Under the pieces are notes generated by a model. The model saw nothing but the letters and a program-made list of their open reading frames with translations, made no database searches and had not been told where the DNA came from. A stretch of DNA of 64,000 nt, taken from contig NMRA01000003.1 in assembly GCA_002633005.1 (NCBI GenBank), forward strand, positions 2,164,727 through 2,228,726, given 5' to 3'. Made by a program: the position numbers and the translations under genes. The DNA is from Phoronis australis. Lineage: Eukaryota; Animalia; Phoronida. Each line of letters starts with the position of its first letter. Position 1 is the stretch's first letter. Shown here piece after piece: positions 1 to 14,221 of this stretch.

Positions 1-780
1 TCTTGACACTCATGCGCCTCTTGTACATTGCGCACTACTGTGAACAGCTGTGGAAAGCAATACCGAGTTAAACAGACTGACTTCACACGCACAAGGCAGT
101 ACATGTCTACAAGAAATAGATTTAACACAGAGCAAGAAACAGCAAGACGATGCTATTATACAGACTATAAAACGGACTTCTTCTCCAGCAACAGGCCTGT
201 CCTTCGGTCTTAGTAAACCCCTTAGTGTGAGCGACTGCAGTGCTTCTAGTGAAAGTATCAATTAGCGTGGTAATGTAATGGTAAGATTATCAAGCAATTA
301 GGATGTAAATGGAAGTAGATTCAAGGCAAACATTTTTATGACACTATGACCAGGCAGTCACCAGTCTCAAAATGCCACAATCCTGCCATCAAAATTGCAG
401 CACCAGATCCATAAAGTTGGTGGGCTCGTGTTTGACGAACAACACAACTAAAATTCCAATTAAACTATTGTTTACATGTTATACATGGAAAGGAATCATG
501 TTACTGATACAAAAGGAACCTGGTCTTTGTCATTTACCCGGGGAGTCCTTCTTCTAGAGAAAATAGGACATCTACATGAACACGATGCAGAATTCAACGT
601 ACTGCACTTGTTTACATATGTTGCATTCTGGGAAATATAGGTCATGTGGCTCTTTTTAAAGTGAGTGAATAGTTACTGGTCATGAATGCAAGACTACCTA
701 CTTTTGTCAAAGTTAATTTTTGTCGATTAAAACTAGATTTCACCCTGCTTAGCTGGCTATAAAACGGAAATCAAATTCAA

Positions 781-1011
781 CCTTCTACTCCAATAACATC
801 CGTTTAGTCCATACCGTGATAGGATTCTACTTCTGTTACCAACAAAAACATCGAAACCATCAGCGACTCAAGAGGACGCCTCACTATTTATTGGGGTTTG
901 CCCACCCTGTGAATTCAGGAATAACACATTGCCTGTGACTTGAGCTGGTTATGGAAATGGAATTCTCTCACGATAAGGAATATTATGAGACGTGTTATTG
1001 AGAGTAAAAGG
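781..1011. mobile_element. Small MITE-like element in a WAPL intron
   Basis: Imperfect terminal inverted repeats ccttctactc-caataaca ... tgttattgagagtaaaagg; no coding capacity. Confidence 0.45.
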
Positions 1012-1094
1012 TCTACTTCATCTTTTCTTTTAGTCGGGCAACTTTCCAACTAATCGCAACGTCCAAATGTTTCTGACATTTCTTTTCCTCTTAC

Positions 1095-3431
1095 CTGCTT
1101 TTGGTCTTTGTTCACCTTGACTGCTGTTTTGGGTTCCACTAGCCCTCCTCTCTTTGGCCACGTCACAGTTCTCTTCAAGGTTGGTGTCTCCTCAAAATTG
1201 GCATCAAACACATCGTCACTAGAGGGCACAGTCTGTGAGGTTGATGGTTCACTCTGGCAATAATATGCAAAATAATATGTTTAGAATGCTACGCACAAAA
1301 CACTAGACTACACATACTGCCTGAAGTCTCAAAGCAGGAATATTCCTGGACAGCGCCTTAGCATGACGCAAGAACACTGCAGCAGTGCACCCCCTGGGCG
1401 CATCTTTTCAAATGCAACTCTTCCAAAAATGGAAGATTGCTCTCAACTTACAGCCAGTCCCATAAAACATGACTCTGTTTTCATTTCGATTGGCCTTGGG
1501 GTTTCTGTTTCATAAGTTACCACTATAATTACACTAAGTCTGCCGGGCACAACTTTTTGAAAACAGGCTTTTATCATCAGGTTTGCCCAAAGGACAAAGG
1601 TTCAAAGCTGTTCAGGAATATCCCTGCTCAAAGTGATATGAAATTAAAGTTGAATAATTTCCTGATAATAATAAACACATTCATGGAAACGCCACATTTG
1701 AACTGGCAAAATTCCTTGGTCGTCAAACGCAAAATGGGGTCACGAAAAAGGAAAACCTATGTGCGTCGACTTTCTTACCTTTCTCCCTTTTGACAAAACC
1801 CCCTGCTGTTTGACAGTTCTCACGTGTTGGGTCACTTGTGTTTTCCCATTCAGCAACAGAATTAGTTGCTGTTGCCACCATTGGGGAGTTTCCCCATGTT
1901 CAACTGAACATTTCCCCCCAGCTCCATTACTTCCAGATGTAGTTTGATTGACGGTGACTTTGAGGAGATTTGGTGATTTTTACGTTACCAAACAAACTCT
2001 GAAGTTGCATTGACCGCGAGATGCCAAATCTAGCCTGGCGTTAAAACGCCACATAAAACAAAGGAAGGGCTATTACCTGTTCACTACGAGATCTAGCGAG
2101 GGTCCATTGTCTTGCATTGTAGGCAGCCTTTACAGGTGAGGAATTCTGTAACATATTGAAAACTAGTCAGAATTCTCAATGAAAACCCACGCTTTACAAC
2201 AGATTTCAGACCAAAACACGACATCTACACCTGTTTGGTGTCACGACATTAACATTACTACAAGCTTAAATCAACATTAAAGCAATTCTAAAAACATTAG
2301 GTGAAATACCTTTTTAGGACTCTTAAATACCATGGCCTTCACTTGTGGTCTCTCCTTGGCATCTAAATCAACTCGTCGGAACACTTTATTTTTAACCGTT
2401 GAAGGACTCTTCACAGCTGGTTTGGAAGCACCATTCCTTTCATTGGCTGACCTTATGTCCAACGTACTCTTACTTGGACTAGTTTTCCTTTTATTGACAT
2501 ACGAGTGGTCATTATTAGCCACAACAGAGGGCTTCACACTATAAGGGTGGTCAACTTTCACCGGACTTGCATCCTGTACGTTAGCATCAGTATCAGTCGA
2601 CTCACACGAGTCAACTTTACTGAATGTTCTCTTTACACTATGTTTAAGAAATACTGGTTCATCGTCACTGGAAACTGGATCCGTATCGTGGCCACTGTCT
2701 TCAAACTGGCTACTTTTCACAGAGGAATCCTTTGTGCTTTCAGAGCTAGATATAGTCACGTGGCTCGCATTTGATCGTGTAGTACGAGCGTTAGTGCTGT
2801 CCTGGGAGGAAATGGCTACGTCTGACGAACTTTCTTCATCTTCTAGTTGCACACGCTCCACCGGCACCTTGGCAAAGGTGTCTGGAGTAGCTTTGTTCCT
2901 GGATTTAAAAATAAACTTTGAAGATGCAGTTTTCCGTGATAACGTGTCTTCTAATGACATTTGTTTTGTTTTGCTATTTAGTTGTCCTTTAGAAAACGTT
3001 AGTTTGGCTTCAATGCCATTTTTACTGAGTCTTGAAGTGTAACTGTAAGTCTTTTGTGTCGATTTTTTATTATTTTCTAAAACCTCAGCGTTATTCTTTT
3101 CTGAACATTTCAACAAAGTCTTTCGAGTGCCATAGAATGTTTTCGGCGGAGACACAGAAGGTTTCACAGGATTCAACTTCTTGCGTTCTGCAGAGGTCTT
3201 CTTTGGACTGTTAGATTTCTCCTCGTCAGAGTCAAATGAAAACGGGTCGGAATTCAACCTCGGCCGCTTGGAGTCCGTCTCACTGCTGTTTTTCCGCACA
3301 GACCTGTAGGATGACCTTCCACAAGTGGTACCAGTTGAGGTAGGTTTATCAGCAAGCATGTCATCAAATGCCTTACTGGCAGCATCACGCCCACTTCGTC
3401 CATATGTTCTGATGTACTGATGGCTAGACAT
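1095..3431 (-). CDS. WAPL: Wings apart-like cohesin release factor, N-terminal exons (3431-2310, 2145-2077, 1253-1095); the gene continues beyond the left edge
   Basis: N-terminus MSSHQYIRTYGRSG..KAFDDML..DPFSFDSDEE resembles vertebrate WAPL (KTYSRKG..KFDEVF..DPFGFDSDDE). Exon 2 SPVKAAYNARQW matches WAPL SPTKAVYNARHW. All junctions are GT-AG and phase 0. An acceptor 1 nt before the ATG implies upstream UTR exon(s). Confidence 0.88.
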
Positions 3432-4544
3432 TCTGAATAAAAACAAAACTTTCAATATCATCATTGCACACGCAACAACTTTTTCAACGCAACTTGTTTT
3501 GTTATAGATGAAGATAACAGTCCCTGGTTTTCAGATCCAGGCAATAAATACGAACCAAGTCTGTTGTGCAGTACAAGGAATAGATCAAGATCAATGAAAC
3601 AATAATCGCTACTCTTGTTTCCCAACTTTCGAGAACCGCTTTCATCCATTGAACAATAGGCCCTGTTCACCGATCACCCATACAAGTTTTGGTGAATAAA
3701 CAGGTATTTAAGTCTATATATACAGGACCCTCAAAAATGGCCAAATAACAAGTAGGACTTATAAGAAAAAAATCGAAAGTTGAATAAAATGAAAATAAAA
3801 ATCATAACAGCATTTTTGAGATTTCACCTTGAACATTTATTTTTTAAACAAAATTTGGTCACGTTATTGATACTGTTGTTCTGCAATCGATGTACCATCC
3901 TAGTTTGCTAAATTTTGCTAAAAAAGCATGTCATGTGACCCAATTAATATCAGACTGGTAAAAAATAAAAAATTCGACAAGCTTTTTACTTTCAGAATGT
4001 AAATACTTTTACTGGGTTAAAATCTGTAGTTTTGTGGTAATTTAATTAAATACACAGACTTGTTGATAAAATATTAAATAACCTTAAGAGTATTACCTGT
4101 TGAATGCAATTCAACGTCTCTGGCACACACAGCCTGCACAATACACGACAGGTGCAAAAATATTGCCTAATTATTAGATTGTAGGTATCAAAAGTTTTAA
4201 GGAGACAATTGAAATGTTTACATTTTGACTTAGATTTGAAGCAAAAATATATATTATATTGTAGTGAAAATGAAGGTTATTTTTTGAAATAGATTATTTA
4301 GGCTACTTACCTGTCGGCAAGTTGTAATGATGTGGATAAATATGCATTAAAAAACATTGAGTTATGGCGTGTCGATTGTGGGTATACATATTTTCGTTTG
4401 TAAATCAAGTCTTTCATCACTGGCCTCTTGACTTTTAATGCTACAAGCATACACTGGCGATAACGTATCCTCGTTAAAAGTTACTCATTTCAAAATACAG
4501 TGAATAACACCAAAGAGTAGCATGAATGTATACACAATGAGTTA

Positions 4545-4760
4545 TAACTGACACATATCATGACTCTGGAGTCAATATAGCCAACGTAATTTGAACATAT
4601 CCCTGAAATCCTGTCAAGTTTCACGAGAGCTTCCCTAGCTGGGAGCTCTTTTGAAGAAGTTACGCTAAATCAAGCCCGTTCACAAACAATAAGTCCAAAG
4701 AACCCAAACCTTACAAGTACTTTCAGACATCTGCCAATGCTACTTTTTGCAAGTATTAGC
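4545..4760 (+). repeat. Old dispersed repeat; diverged copy at ~21385-21600
   Basis: Colinear blocks shared by both sites: catgactctgga, ttgaacata, ttttga(a/g)gaagtta, cttacaa, ttttgcaagt. Confidence 0.65.
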
Positions 4761-6960
4761 TGCCATATCATGCGCTTCGCTCAACTGGCCTACTTTATGG
4801 TTATCGCAGACAGTGAAATAGTTAACGGCAACCAAAACGTGGAGTTGGAATTGCTCACCAAAGTTATCATAATTCCCATAAGTGTAGACATGCTTCATCG
4901 AGGATATTCTAGTTTAAGTACAAAAAGTATTTTTGACCCATTGAAAACGTCCGTCGGTGAACGGATTCGGATTACCACCCAATTAAATACACAGGGATGA
5001 AATTAGTACAGAGACTGATGGGAAGTGTTATAGCCTCTCGCCAGCCAGACGAGGGGTTACATGTTGCCTGGAGAGCCCTAGAACTGATGGCTCTTACAAA
5101 ATCAAGACATCAATAGTTTTTGAATGGGAGAACGAACTTGAGTGGAGAGATTGATCTAGAAAATATCATCTACATCGTCTTACCTGGGTCTCCAATCGCA
5201 TAAGGACATTATCATAATTCAGAAATAGTCAATACTGAACATGACAGAACAGAACAGAAGTTAAAGAGTAGAGAAACGGTGACCACACTTTACTGTACAG
5301 TATTTACCACAGGCAGTGATCGAAAAGTGATTCAGATACCGAGGCTCTGTTGCTAATCAGTGACTACGTCTGGGACATGAAGACATGAAAAATCACCTGA
5401 ATATACTTCAAACTCCTTGGACAACTTTTACAAACTGTAGAGGAATACCATGGCATAAAATTTTACAAGTCAATAGTCAAAATAAAGACACTTCGCTTCC
5501 ACCGCCATTTCCGAAAATACAACAATGGTCATGCGCAATGCCTGAATGGAAACTATCCTTTTCCTGCTATTATAGTTTCGAATAAATCTGCCATTGTAAG
5601 TGAGAATATGCGCTAAAATCATTTGTTGATTTATAATTAAGAAATAAATTCAGTTATTTCAAAAAAGTTTCACTGCATCAAAAACTTCAATGTTTTACCA
5701 GATATTTGTGTCATAGGTGGCGCCACGTTACGGGCTCTTGATGCTGAGTCGCTGCACATCGTAGTAGGTTGGACCCAGATTATAAAACATAATTAACAGA
5801 AATAGTAGACTCTATTTGTGAATGATTTTATGATTCTAATATCCAAACCCGAATATAGTTGAGACAGTTTCGTTTTACTTATAATGATGAACTCCAGAGA
5901 CTGAAGAGTCTGCTCTTACGATAGTACAGGGCGCCCAGGGTCTATAACTACTCAGCAATACGACAAACTCTAAATTACCCTTCTCATTTTCCATGTTTGT
6001 ACGAGCTCCGGATAAACAGTGTATTCTTCTGTGCTCGGATACACTATTTAATTTACTCGCATGACTGTTTAATTTGTAATATATGTCTTCAGTATCAAAG
6101 CCACAAGTAATTCTAAACAGGTGCCTCAAGAAATGTTATTTACTACTTACGTTTTTTACCGGTAATATATTATAATACAAACTTGGCTTACCGAAGGAAG
6201 AAAATCCATATACAACAGAAAATCCGCTGCTGGATTTTAGCCTGTTGATGTATACATGTTAGTTGAAATGAAGATCAATAATACTGCATCTCTATTGGTA
6301 TCTGTGATACATGTGACTTGGCTAGGAAGACGTTCCTCAAAACAAGCCTCAAATTAATTTTGTATTCTAAAACAGGTCCCATACAACTTACCTTCGTCAT
6401 GCATCTAATTTGCTTTCTTTAATTTTATTTTTGTAGGTCTTAAAAGTTTACCGTAGAGTTTTTGTTTGAATGCACATTGCACTTTTGAATGGTATTGAGT
6501 ATCTTTAATTGCAAGAGGCAAACTGCACTCGCCAAACAAGGTCTTCAAATTGAGAGATGCTTTGAGAATAAAACACGTTTACTTTGCTTTGATTCTAGAC
6601 CCTTTCGCGACTCCTCTTTTCAGCTGCATGCCTTCAAAGGCGTGGTTAGTTTGGTATAATTACTGTTGCGTTTTCCCAGATATTATTGAGTTGGATGCAG
6701 ATTGATCAGTGGAAACATCTTGTTAATGTTATTTGTAATCCAAAACGTGTGCACATCTACGGAACGCACACCTTTGAAAAAGTCTTATTTTATCAGGGAA
6801 ACGTTCGGTGCACTATTATTTTCCAGCGGACCAAGTCTTGAACAGGTTAAAACACAAAGTTGGTTCTAATCTCACCCCCCTCCCCACACATTTTGAGACC
6901 TGCCCTCGTTGACCAACAAAAAAAAAACGCCGGCCCGCATCAATTTCATCCGAAGTAAGC

Positions 6961-7006
6961 AATCAATGAGTACTTCAATCAATGAGTACTTCAATCAATG
7001 AGTACT
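6961..7006 (+). repeat. Tandem repeat, 16-bp unit x ~3
   Basis: aatcaatgagtacttc repeated directly. Confidence 0.9.
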
Positions 7007-8430
7007 AAAAAAACAAATCCCGAGTCATTCTCGCTTGCTCTCAGGTGGATTTTCTTTTTCAAAAAAGTGAGCACCCAAAAACGTAGCTTACCGCGTCGCC
7101 GAGTCGATTTAAAAAAAACGCAGATCAAGGCTAGTTAGTTTTTTTTTTGGCAACCCCACGATTTTCGAATTATGGAATTGATGAATCTCAGGATTTCCAC
7201 CTTCTTCAGTCCTGTCGATCGTTGCGCTTGGTCTCAACGAAGCACCCGGCTCTGTAGCAGATCCTAAAGATCGCGTCATTTCACGTAGCCGAATCAAGTA
7301 ATCAAGAATAGATGGTACTAGTAAAAGGAAATTTTTTTGGATTTGGAAGACAAACTAACATGTATCCCCGATTGAAGGGGGGGGGGGATGTAGTCGATGT
7401 TCGCATTTTAACCATTTTGAAATTAATTTAAGGTGTTAGTTTAGACTTAGTGAGTAAAAAATAGGCTGGAAGATCGTTATTTTTACCTGGTAAGTTTGGG
7501 TCTGATAATACTCCGAATGGTGTGAATGCTAAACACGATTTCAAAACGTCGACCCCGGCAAGCAACCGACAATCAAAATTTTGAATAGGCATGGATAAAG
7601 CCCCTTTTCAATTGGTATGAACATTTTGGGTACAGTTCTAGCTTTTGGTACAAACACGGGTCGCTTTAAATAATGGCTAGGTATTAATATCGTCTCAGAT
7701 TTGGAAGCTCATCTTAACCTGATCCCTACGTGGATGATTGACCGGACCTAATTTATTCCTCTACTCTGCAACACGTTCCCTCGCTGGGTTGTAACGAATT
7801 TCGTTGACACAAAGTTCGCCCGACACAGCAAAACACGAGTAACCTCGGCGCAACTAAAAGGCAAAGAGCTTCAAGAATATTTTCGTAGTTTGCTCTTCGC
7901 CAACGTCCGATTGAAGCGTCTTTTAGCCTGCGCTACGTTCAAGAAGCAAGCGTTTGGTTTAGACCACTTACCGCTGTGATATTGGTCTCAATAGGTTATT
8001 TGTTCAGATGAGAAATGATTTCTTGGTTTTGCAATGAACCGACACTCGCTATTTGTTAACTAGAACCCATCCATTTAAAAATAAAACGGTGTAGTACGGT
8101 AATTAACCAATTATTCCAAACAAAAATAATTGCCAAATTGTTATTTTCCAGATGATCACTTTGTTGCAAATAAAGAGAGCTTCGTCAAATATTTTTTCAT
8201 GACATCTGTACCATACAAATCAAGATACTAATAACCTTTAAAAATTGTAATCCTTGAATCCGTGGAAAATTTTGACAAACTTAATTTCACTTGTCCTTCA
8301 AAGTGTATGCTAATAGGCGAGAAATTACCGTAAGTCAACTTGCAGTGTCTCATCTCAACCAATAACAATCTCAACCCCCAAAGGTATTTTTTCTGCCGTA
8401 GAACCGATTAATAATTAATGTCCTTTCGTA

Positions 8431-8709
8431 TGGGTCGCGGAAAGGGCAAAAAATAGTTGATAGAAAAATCAAACCTTATTCGTAAATTTGCCCTTTCCGC
8501 GCACTTAGCTAGTTCCCGTTTCCACCTACAGGTTTAATTTTCCAAACAGGTTTCAATCACTTTTACGAATTAGGTTTGATTTTCCAAACGCGGTTGATTT
8601 TTATGAATTATGTTTGATTCTTACTGATTAGGATTGATTTTCCAAACAGGATTTTTTACGAATTAGGTTCGATTTTTCTGTTAACTATTTTTGCCCTTTC
8701 CGCGGCCCA
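8431..8709. mobile_element. MITE with ~55-bp terminal inverted repeats and internal short repeats
   Basis: tgggtcgcggaaagggcaaaaaatagttga..ttcgtaaa pairs with tttacgaa..taactatttttgccctttccgcggccca; internal ttttccaaac and gaattaggtttga repeats. Confidence 0.75.
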
Positions 8710-9556
8710 AACTTTGGGGCAATGCCGCGTTCCCTAATATAACTACTGCTACAACCACCAACGGCGTCACGGAATATTACGACATTCAACAATGCATGTC
8801 TAGGATATAGTCAAATGTGTGTTTCTACGTATGTCATTGTCACACCTTTCCGATGGTCCTGGTGTTTATTTTAAATTGTAAACTGTATGAAAATTTGGTC
8901 TCATTAGTTCGCACAAGTCAGCTACTGTGTAAATAACATATGGAGCTTACGATTTTATATTAACCCACGGAATCTAACGGTTGAGTATGATAAATTTTGC
9001 AATGTCAGTTTTCAAATATTTATTTCGACATATATCAGTCATTGGCTTGCCACCTATCTGAACTAAGATCAAACAAATCATTATAAAAAACTTTTTTGTA
9101 AAATCATCAAGCATTGGTGCATCACGAATCCTTATAAAGTCAAAATCGCCTTGAACAATGAAGTGCGACACGTCGGCGAATGTTTGATATAATCCAGTAA
9201 GCAGATTTTTTTGTGAATGTGCGCGATTTATTATCATGAAGCAAAAGCATGTTCGTTAAACAATCAATGCGTCTTTATGGACAGTCGAAGGTAACTCTAC
9301 CCTGTGGATGTATGTGAATGCAAGTATTTACGTCAGAGCTCAGCCAACCTGTTCATACAATGACGATCATACAAGCCTATATCTCAACTGTAATCTTTCT
9401 TGACAGAATGGACAATGACCAGCTAACCCGACTGACAAACACAGCAGTATATGAAAACTTTTTTGTATTCATCCAGTGTCCGTTCATAGCATAACATATT
9501 CGGTGTCGCTCAGCGTACCAAGCAACCTGTATAGTAACACTGCGTGAGGAACCAGT

Positions 9557-11359
9557 ATGAAGACACTTGGCGTTGTTTTTGGATTTTGTGTGACGGTTGT
9601 TCTTGCTTCGTCCCCTGCACAGATTACAGTGGGGTCTGTGTGGGAGCAAAGTGGAGATTGGAAATTCGATGCAAATTTTGATATCACCTTGACCGAGGCA
9701 CTGCAGCAAGGCTACAGAATCATCTTGGAATTTGACCAAGCTGTCCAAGTAACCGCGGTGAGTCGAAGAAACTACTACTGAGTTAGTGGTTACAGTGGGG
9801 CGGACTAGTTAATAACGGACTAAGAAATATGTTTGTCATAAGCTGTATTGTTACCCAAAACACCGTAATTTATACATGATGCAATTAATTTTCGGCGTAA
9901 TATCTTTAGATGACGCGTAGTGAAAGTTATCTCTTATCGTAACCCTTGGCACTCAGCCGAGACTGACGAAGTACTGCGCTAATTAGTGATCTGAACCTCT
10001 ATACTTGTAACCACTGGTACGATAAAAACAGGGATAGATAACAAACCTGATGTTTGCTTTGAAAAAAGAACAAATGAAACGTGTTTTATATTTGCAAATG
10101 CAAGCAAACAGATGTTTAATGGACATAATTTACTTTCGGTACAAATTTATAGGCTTGCACGCCGTGGGTAATACCGCCTCGTTTCAACAGGTTATATGAT
10201 CGCAGGAATCTGAAATTCCTGTTGTTAGACGTAATATAACACGTAAAGTAGGTACATGTACCCGATTAACTGGACTTTATTTCAGTAATGCTGTGTGGTT
10301 ATGCAAAGTACTTTGTATTCCAGTAAATGTTTTGAACTGGCACTGCGAAACGTGGCATATCTAAATCTTCGGCTTCATTTTTATCGAAATCCGAATCTAT
10401 TTTTTTTTTTGAAATTTCCGGTCTTTTTGTGCAAACTCAAGATAAGTGTCTATTATTTTTTTGCTGGAGTAGGGCCTACATCATGGCCGGCTGGAGTAGG
10501 GCCTACATCATGGCCGGCTGGAGTAGGGCCTACATCAAGGCCGGCTGGAGTAGGGCCTACATCATGGCCGGTTTCCGCTGATGAGTGTCAAGTCCAAGTT
10601 CGCTCCAATTGTCCGAGTTCGATATAAGAGCTTCAAACTTGACTAAAAGTTACTGAGTGATTGAATAAAAGTTCGATCATTTCAGGTTCAAGGGCTCGAA
10701 ATTTCTAGATTAATGATTGAGTCATTTTAAAGGTGCAACTGACTGGGATTAGACAGTCATCCACGCAAGACCACAATCGTGTACTCGAGCACAGAATACT
10801 GAAGAGACAATTATCCGCCGGGAGTTCGCAAAAAGTAGAATAAAAAAATCCAAAAATAATTTAAAGTTCGATCTCAAGTACCCTCTACAAAGATTAGACC
10901 CCTGATATAATTTAGTATTTTATGCATATGAGGAGTGCCGGAATTCAAAGATTTTGTCAAAATAGATATAAAAACAAAATCTTGTTCCTAATTATAGTAT
11001 GTCTACGTAATTACATAGCATTATATTACGTCTTATGACTTATTCTGTTATGTTCTCAGGTCTGGCAGTTTCGAGTTGCCACCGAGCAGTCCACAAACAC
11101 AGCCACACGATGTTGGCGCTTAATGAGTCAAACGTGGAACCCAACCTTTACTTCCGGTCAACACGTCAAGTCGGGAATGCAAGTAGTTGTGACTGGTACT
11201 CTAGCAAAGCCATCAGGTACATACGGCACCGCCTACATAGAGGGCACAAAGTCTTCCACGTGCTCCAGTGAAGGACCTTCAAATGTCACCATAAGTCCAA
11301 CTGAGGATAGCTCCACACAGGCGGCAACAACTAGGAGTGAGGTAACTGCACCGCCAAAG
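9557..11359 (+). CDS. Secreted protein with a CBM2-like carbohydrate-binding module and Ser/Thr-rich linker (exons 9557-9757 and 11060 onward); runs into an N gap
   Basis: Signal peptide MKTLGVVFGFCVTVVLA. Phase-0 join GCG|gtgagt ... ctcag|GTC is in frame with ORF 11123. The pattern W..F..ITL....Y.IILEFD..V..VW...QTWN...G.....TAYIEG recalls the N-terminal CBM2 of molluscan GH9 cellulases, followed by an S/T/P linker. Confidence 0.65.
10463..10570 (+). repeat. Intronic minisatellite, 27-bp unit x4
   Basis: gctggagtagggcctacatcatggccg x4 with one substitution. Confidence 0.95.
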
Positions 11360-11956
11360 NNNNNNNNNNNNNNNNNNNNNNNNNNNNNNNNNNNNNNNNN
11401 NNNNNNNNNNNNNNNNNNNNNNNNNNNNNNNNNNNNNNNNNNNNNNNNNNNNNNNNNNNNNNNNNNNNNNNNNNNNNNNNNNNNNNNNNNNNNNNNNNNN
11501 NNNNNNNNNNNNNNNNNNNNNNNNNNNNNNNNNNNNNNNNNNNNNNNNNNNNNNNNNNNNNNNNNNNNNNNNNNNNNNNNNNNNNNNNNNNNNNNNNNNN
11601 NNNNNNNNNNNNNNNNNNNNNNNNNNNNNNNNNNNNNNNNNNNNNNNNNNNNNNNNNNNNNNNNNNNNNNNNNNNNNNNNNNNNNNNNNNNNNNNNNNNN
11701 NNNNNNNNNNNNNNNNNNNNNNNNNNNNNNNNNNNNNNNNNNNNNNNNNNNNNNNNNNNNNNNNNNNNNNNNNNNNNNNNNNNNNNNNNNNNNNNNNNNN
11801 NNNNNNNNNNNNNNNNNNNNNNNNNNNNNNNNNNNNNNNNNNNNNNNNNNNNNNNNNNNNNNNNNNNNNNNNNNNNNNNNNNNNNNNNNNNNNNNNNNNN
11901 NNNNNNNNNNNNNNNNNNNNNNNNNNNNNNNNNNNNNNNNNNNNNNNNNNNNNNNN
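11360..11956. other. Assembly gap (N run)
   Basis: Run of n. Confidence 1.
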
Positions 11957-14221
11957 CCGCCGTGTATTAGTTACTTTCATCGACGTCTATAGTTTTGTAT
12001 GAATCAAGTTTCACTCAAACGGTACACGAAATTTTTTGGTCACCAGTTTTACGAGAAAAAACCCACATAGGCGCATGTGGAGCTGTAGGCTAGCTTCGCG
12101 GCAGGCTACGGGCCTTTTAAAATACGCCCAAATCATACGGCATAAGCATACAGAAATTGAATGGGAATAGCACTGACGCGAGTGAGTGTACAAAATTGCA
12201 GAAAATACTCCAGCATAGAAGCATTTTCTCTTTTCAGCCGGTCAGTGTAAATGCACATGTCCCGCGGGAAACAACTAGTGACAACACGACCCCTTCGTTC
12301 ACCTAAACAGAGGACGCCACTAGGATTTGGATTAGTGTAAAACTGCAACCGGAACAGACGCCGGATTATCTTGTGCGCACACCGTCCAACTACAGGAACT
12401 GGAGAACAAGAGGAACACAACTTTGAAGCAATGTTGTGGCTGAACATTGAGCGCTGCTTGTAGTGAAAACCAGTAATAAGACTTAAGAGCCGTTTTAAGT
12501 GATATGGGCCCGTTTGAGCGGCCTGCACACGTTTGGTGCAACGCCTGTGTGTCAGACCGCCTGCAATAATTTTTTTTATAGCATTAGTAATCTCTGCACG
12601 CGCCCAACGCTTCATGCAGAGAGAAAAATAAACTCCGAGAATAAATATCGGTTTTTGTAGGCATGTAACGCTTTTTCTATCAGAGCTAAGTCAGTTCTAA
12701 AGAGAGAGCATGTGGACAATCCCTCTGATTTAAAATTGAAACTTGTAAGTGAAGCGTTTTTGCTTTAGAACAGCTCAATTTCAGTGCCGTCACCGTGCGT
12801 TTCATACCGCGGAGCAGTATAGTCGTTAGAATTCCAGGCATTCCAGTGTATATGTAATGTTACCAATTTTAAACCAAACAAAGGATAAACACACAACGCT
12901 GCTTTCACGATGGGAAAATACGCCAGTAAAGAAAGTTGTTTTTGCCGCCAGAAATCTTTTAGAGCAGCTGTAAGTGTGTGTGTACTATTACAGGATAAAG
13001 ATCTAATTTTGTAGACATCTAAGGCTGACAAGGTTTCTTAGTTGTGAGATTTTTATTAAATGTTACGAGTTGAGCTCTTGACACCAAGAACAAAGTGAAT
13101 TGTATATAAACAGTAATCAAGCTTTGCAACAGCATATTCACAGCATGTTTGCAGGTTCAAAGCAATAGGGTAAAGATCATTAGCAAGTGGACAGACCACT
13201 AACTCACAAAGTTGGTTAAACATTGGCCAAATCAGCAGAACAAGAGCCAGTGTTACTTGAGTCACATTGTCTCCATTTATAATGTAACACCACAATCAAA
13301 TTTGGGGGAGTTCAAATTCAGCATTAGGGCAACGTTGTACAATATCCACATATATATATTACCACCACAAAGATACACAAGCAAGTGCGGTTTCAGGCGA
13401 AGTGTTACAGAGCAACTGCATCAGGTCTGGTGGCAAAATGACCTTTGAACCTTTGCCACGTGTATCTACATGTAGGCTGGGTGGAGCAGGCCAGTCTTTT
13501 TTTCTCGTTTTCATTGCACTCACTACTTCCAAAAATTTCCTACTCTATAAGCAAAAAGAGGTCTAAATTTTAAACCCAGCCTCTTTCATACAGACAAAGT
13601 TAATTACACAGGAAGACCTGATTTTAAAGTAGTGGTGCTGATGAACCAAAACAAGGCAAGAACACATCAAAACCAATGATCTATCCCTTTATCTAATGAA
13701 TGATCAATAGTAATTACTAGACAAGTTTTGAAAAATCCAAATTTACTTTGAAAAAAAAACAAGAAATTCAGGAACTGAAATTATCAGAGTTAAATTAATT
13801 TTAAATGCCAAATATGTGTAATGTTATTTTAGAAAACGTTTTTATTATAAAAATATCAATGAACTTAATCTGGGAGCAATATTGGTCCTAGCCTTAATTA
13901 AGATAAAGCAAAACAAAACAAAATTAATAAAATATAAATTCATGGGAAACAAACGTTGAATACAAAGGCTACAGTGAACGGCACCTCTGGTAAGCAAAAA
14001 TAAATAGATTACACAACAGTGATCTTATTCAACAATATTTACCATTAAAGTAACTGACCACATGTTCTGTATTTGGGTGACTATAAGCATAACAACAAAA
14101 TATCTACAGAGAAGACAAATGTTTACTATCACCTGTATAATATTGAATGAAATGTAAATTGTCAATGCCCACTAGTGCATATTCATGTACCTGTCAGTGT
14201 ACATACCCTAAACATGTAAGA

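Noticed and set aside
10295-10627. ORF with AGVGPTSWP repeats; superficially CRISPR-like array
   Set aside because: Intronic 27-bp minisatellite with no spacers and no cas genes in a eukaryotic context.
11279-11992. Long ORFs containing X runs (also 51980-52534)
   Set aside because: Artefacts of translating through N gaps.
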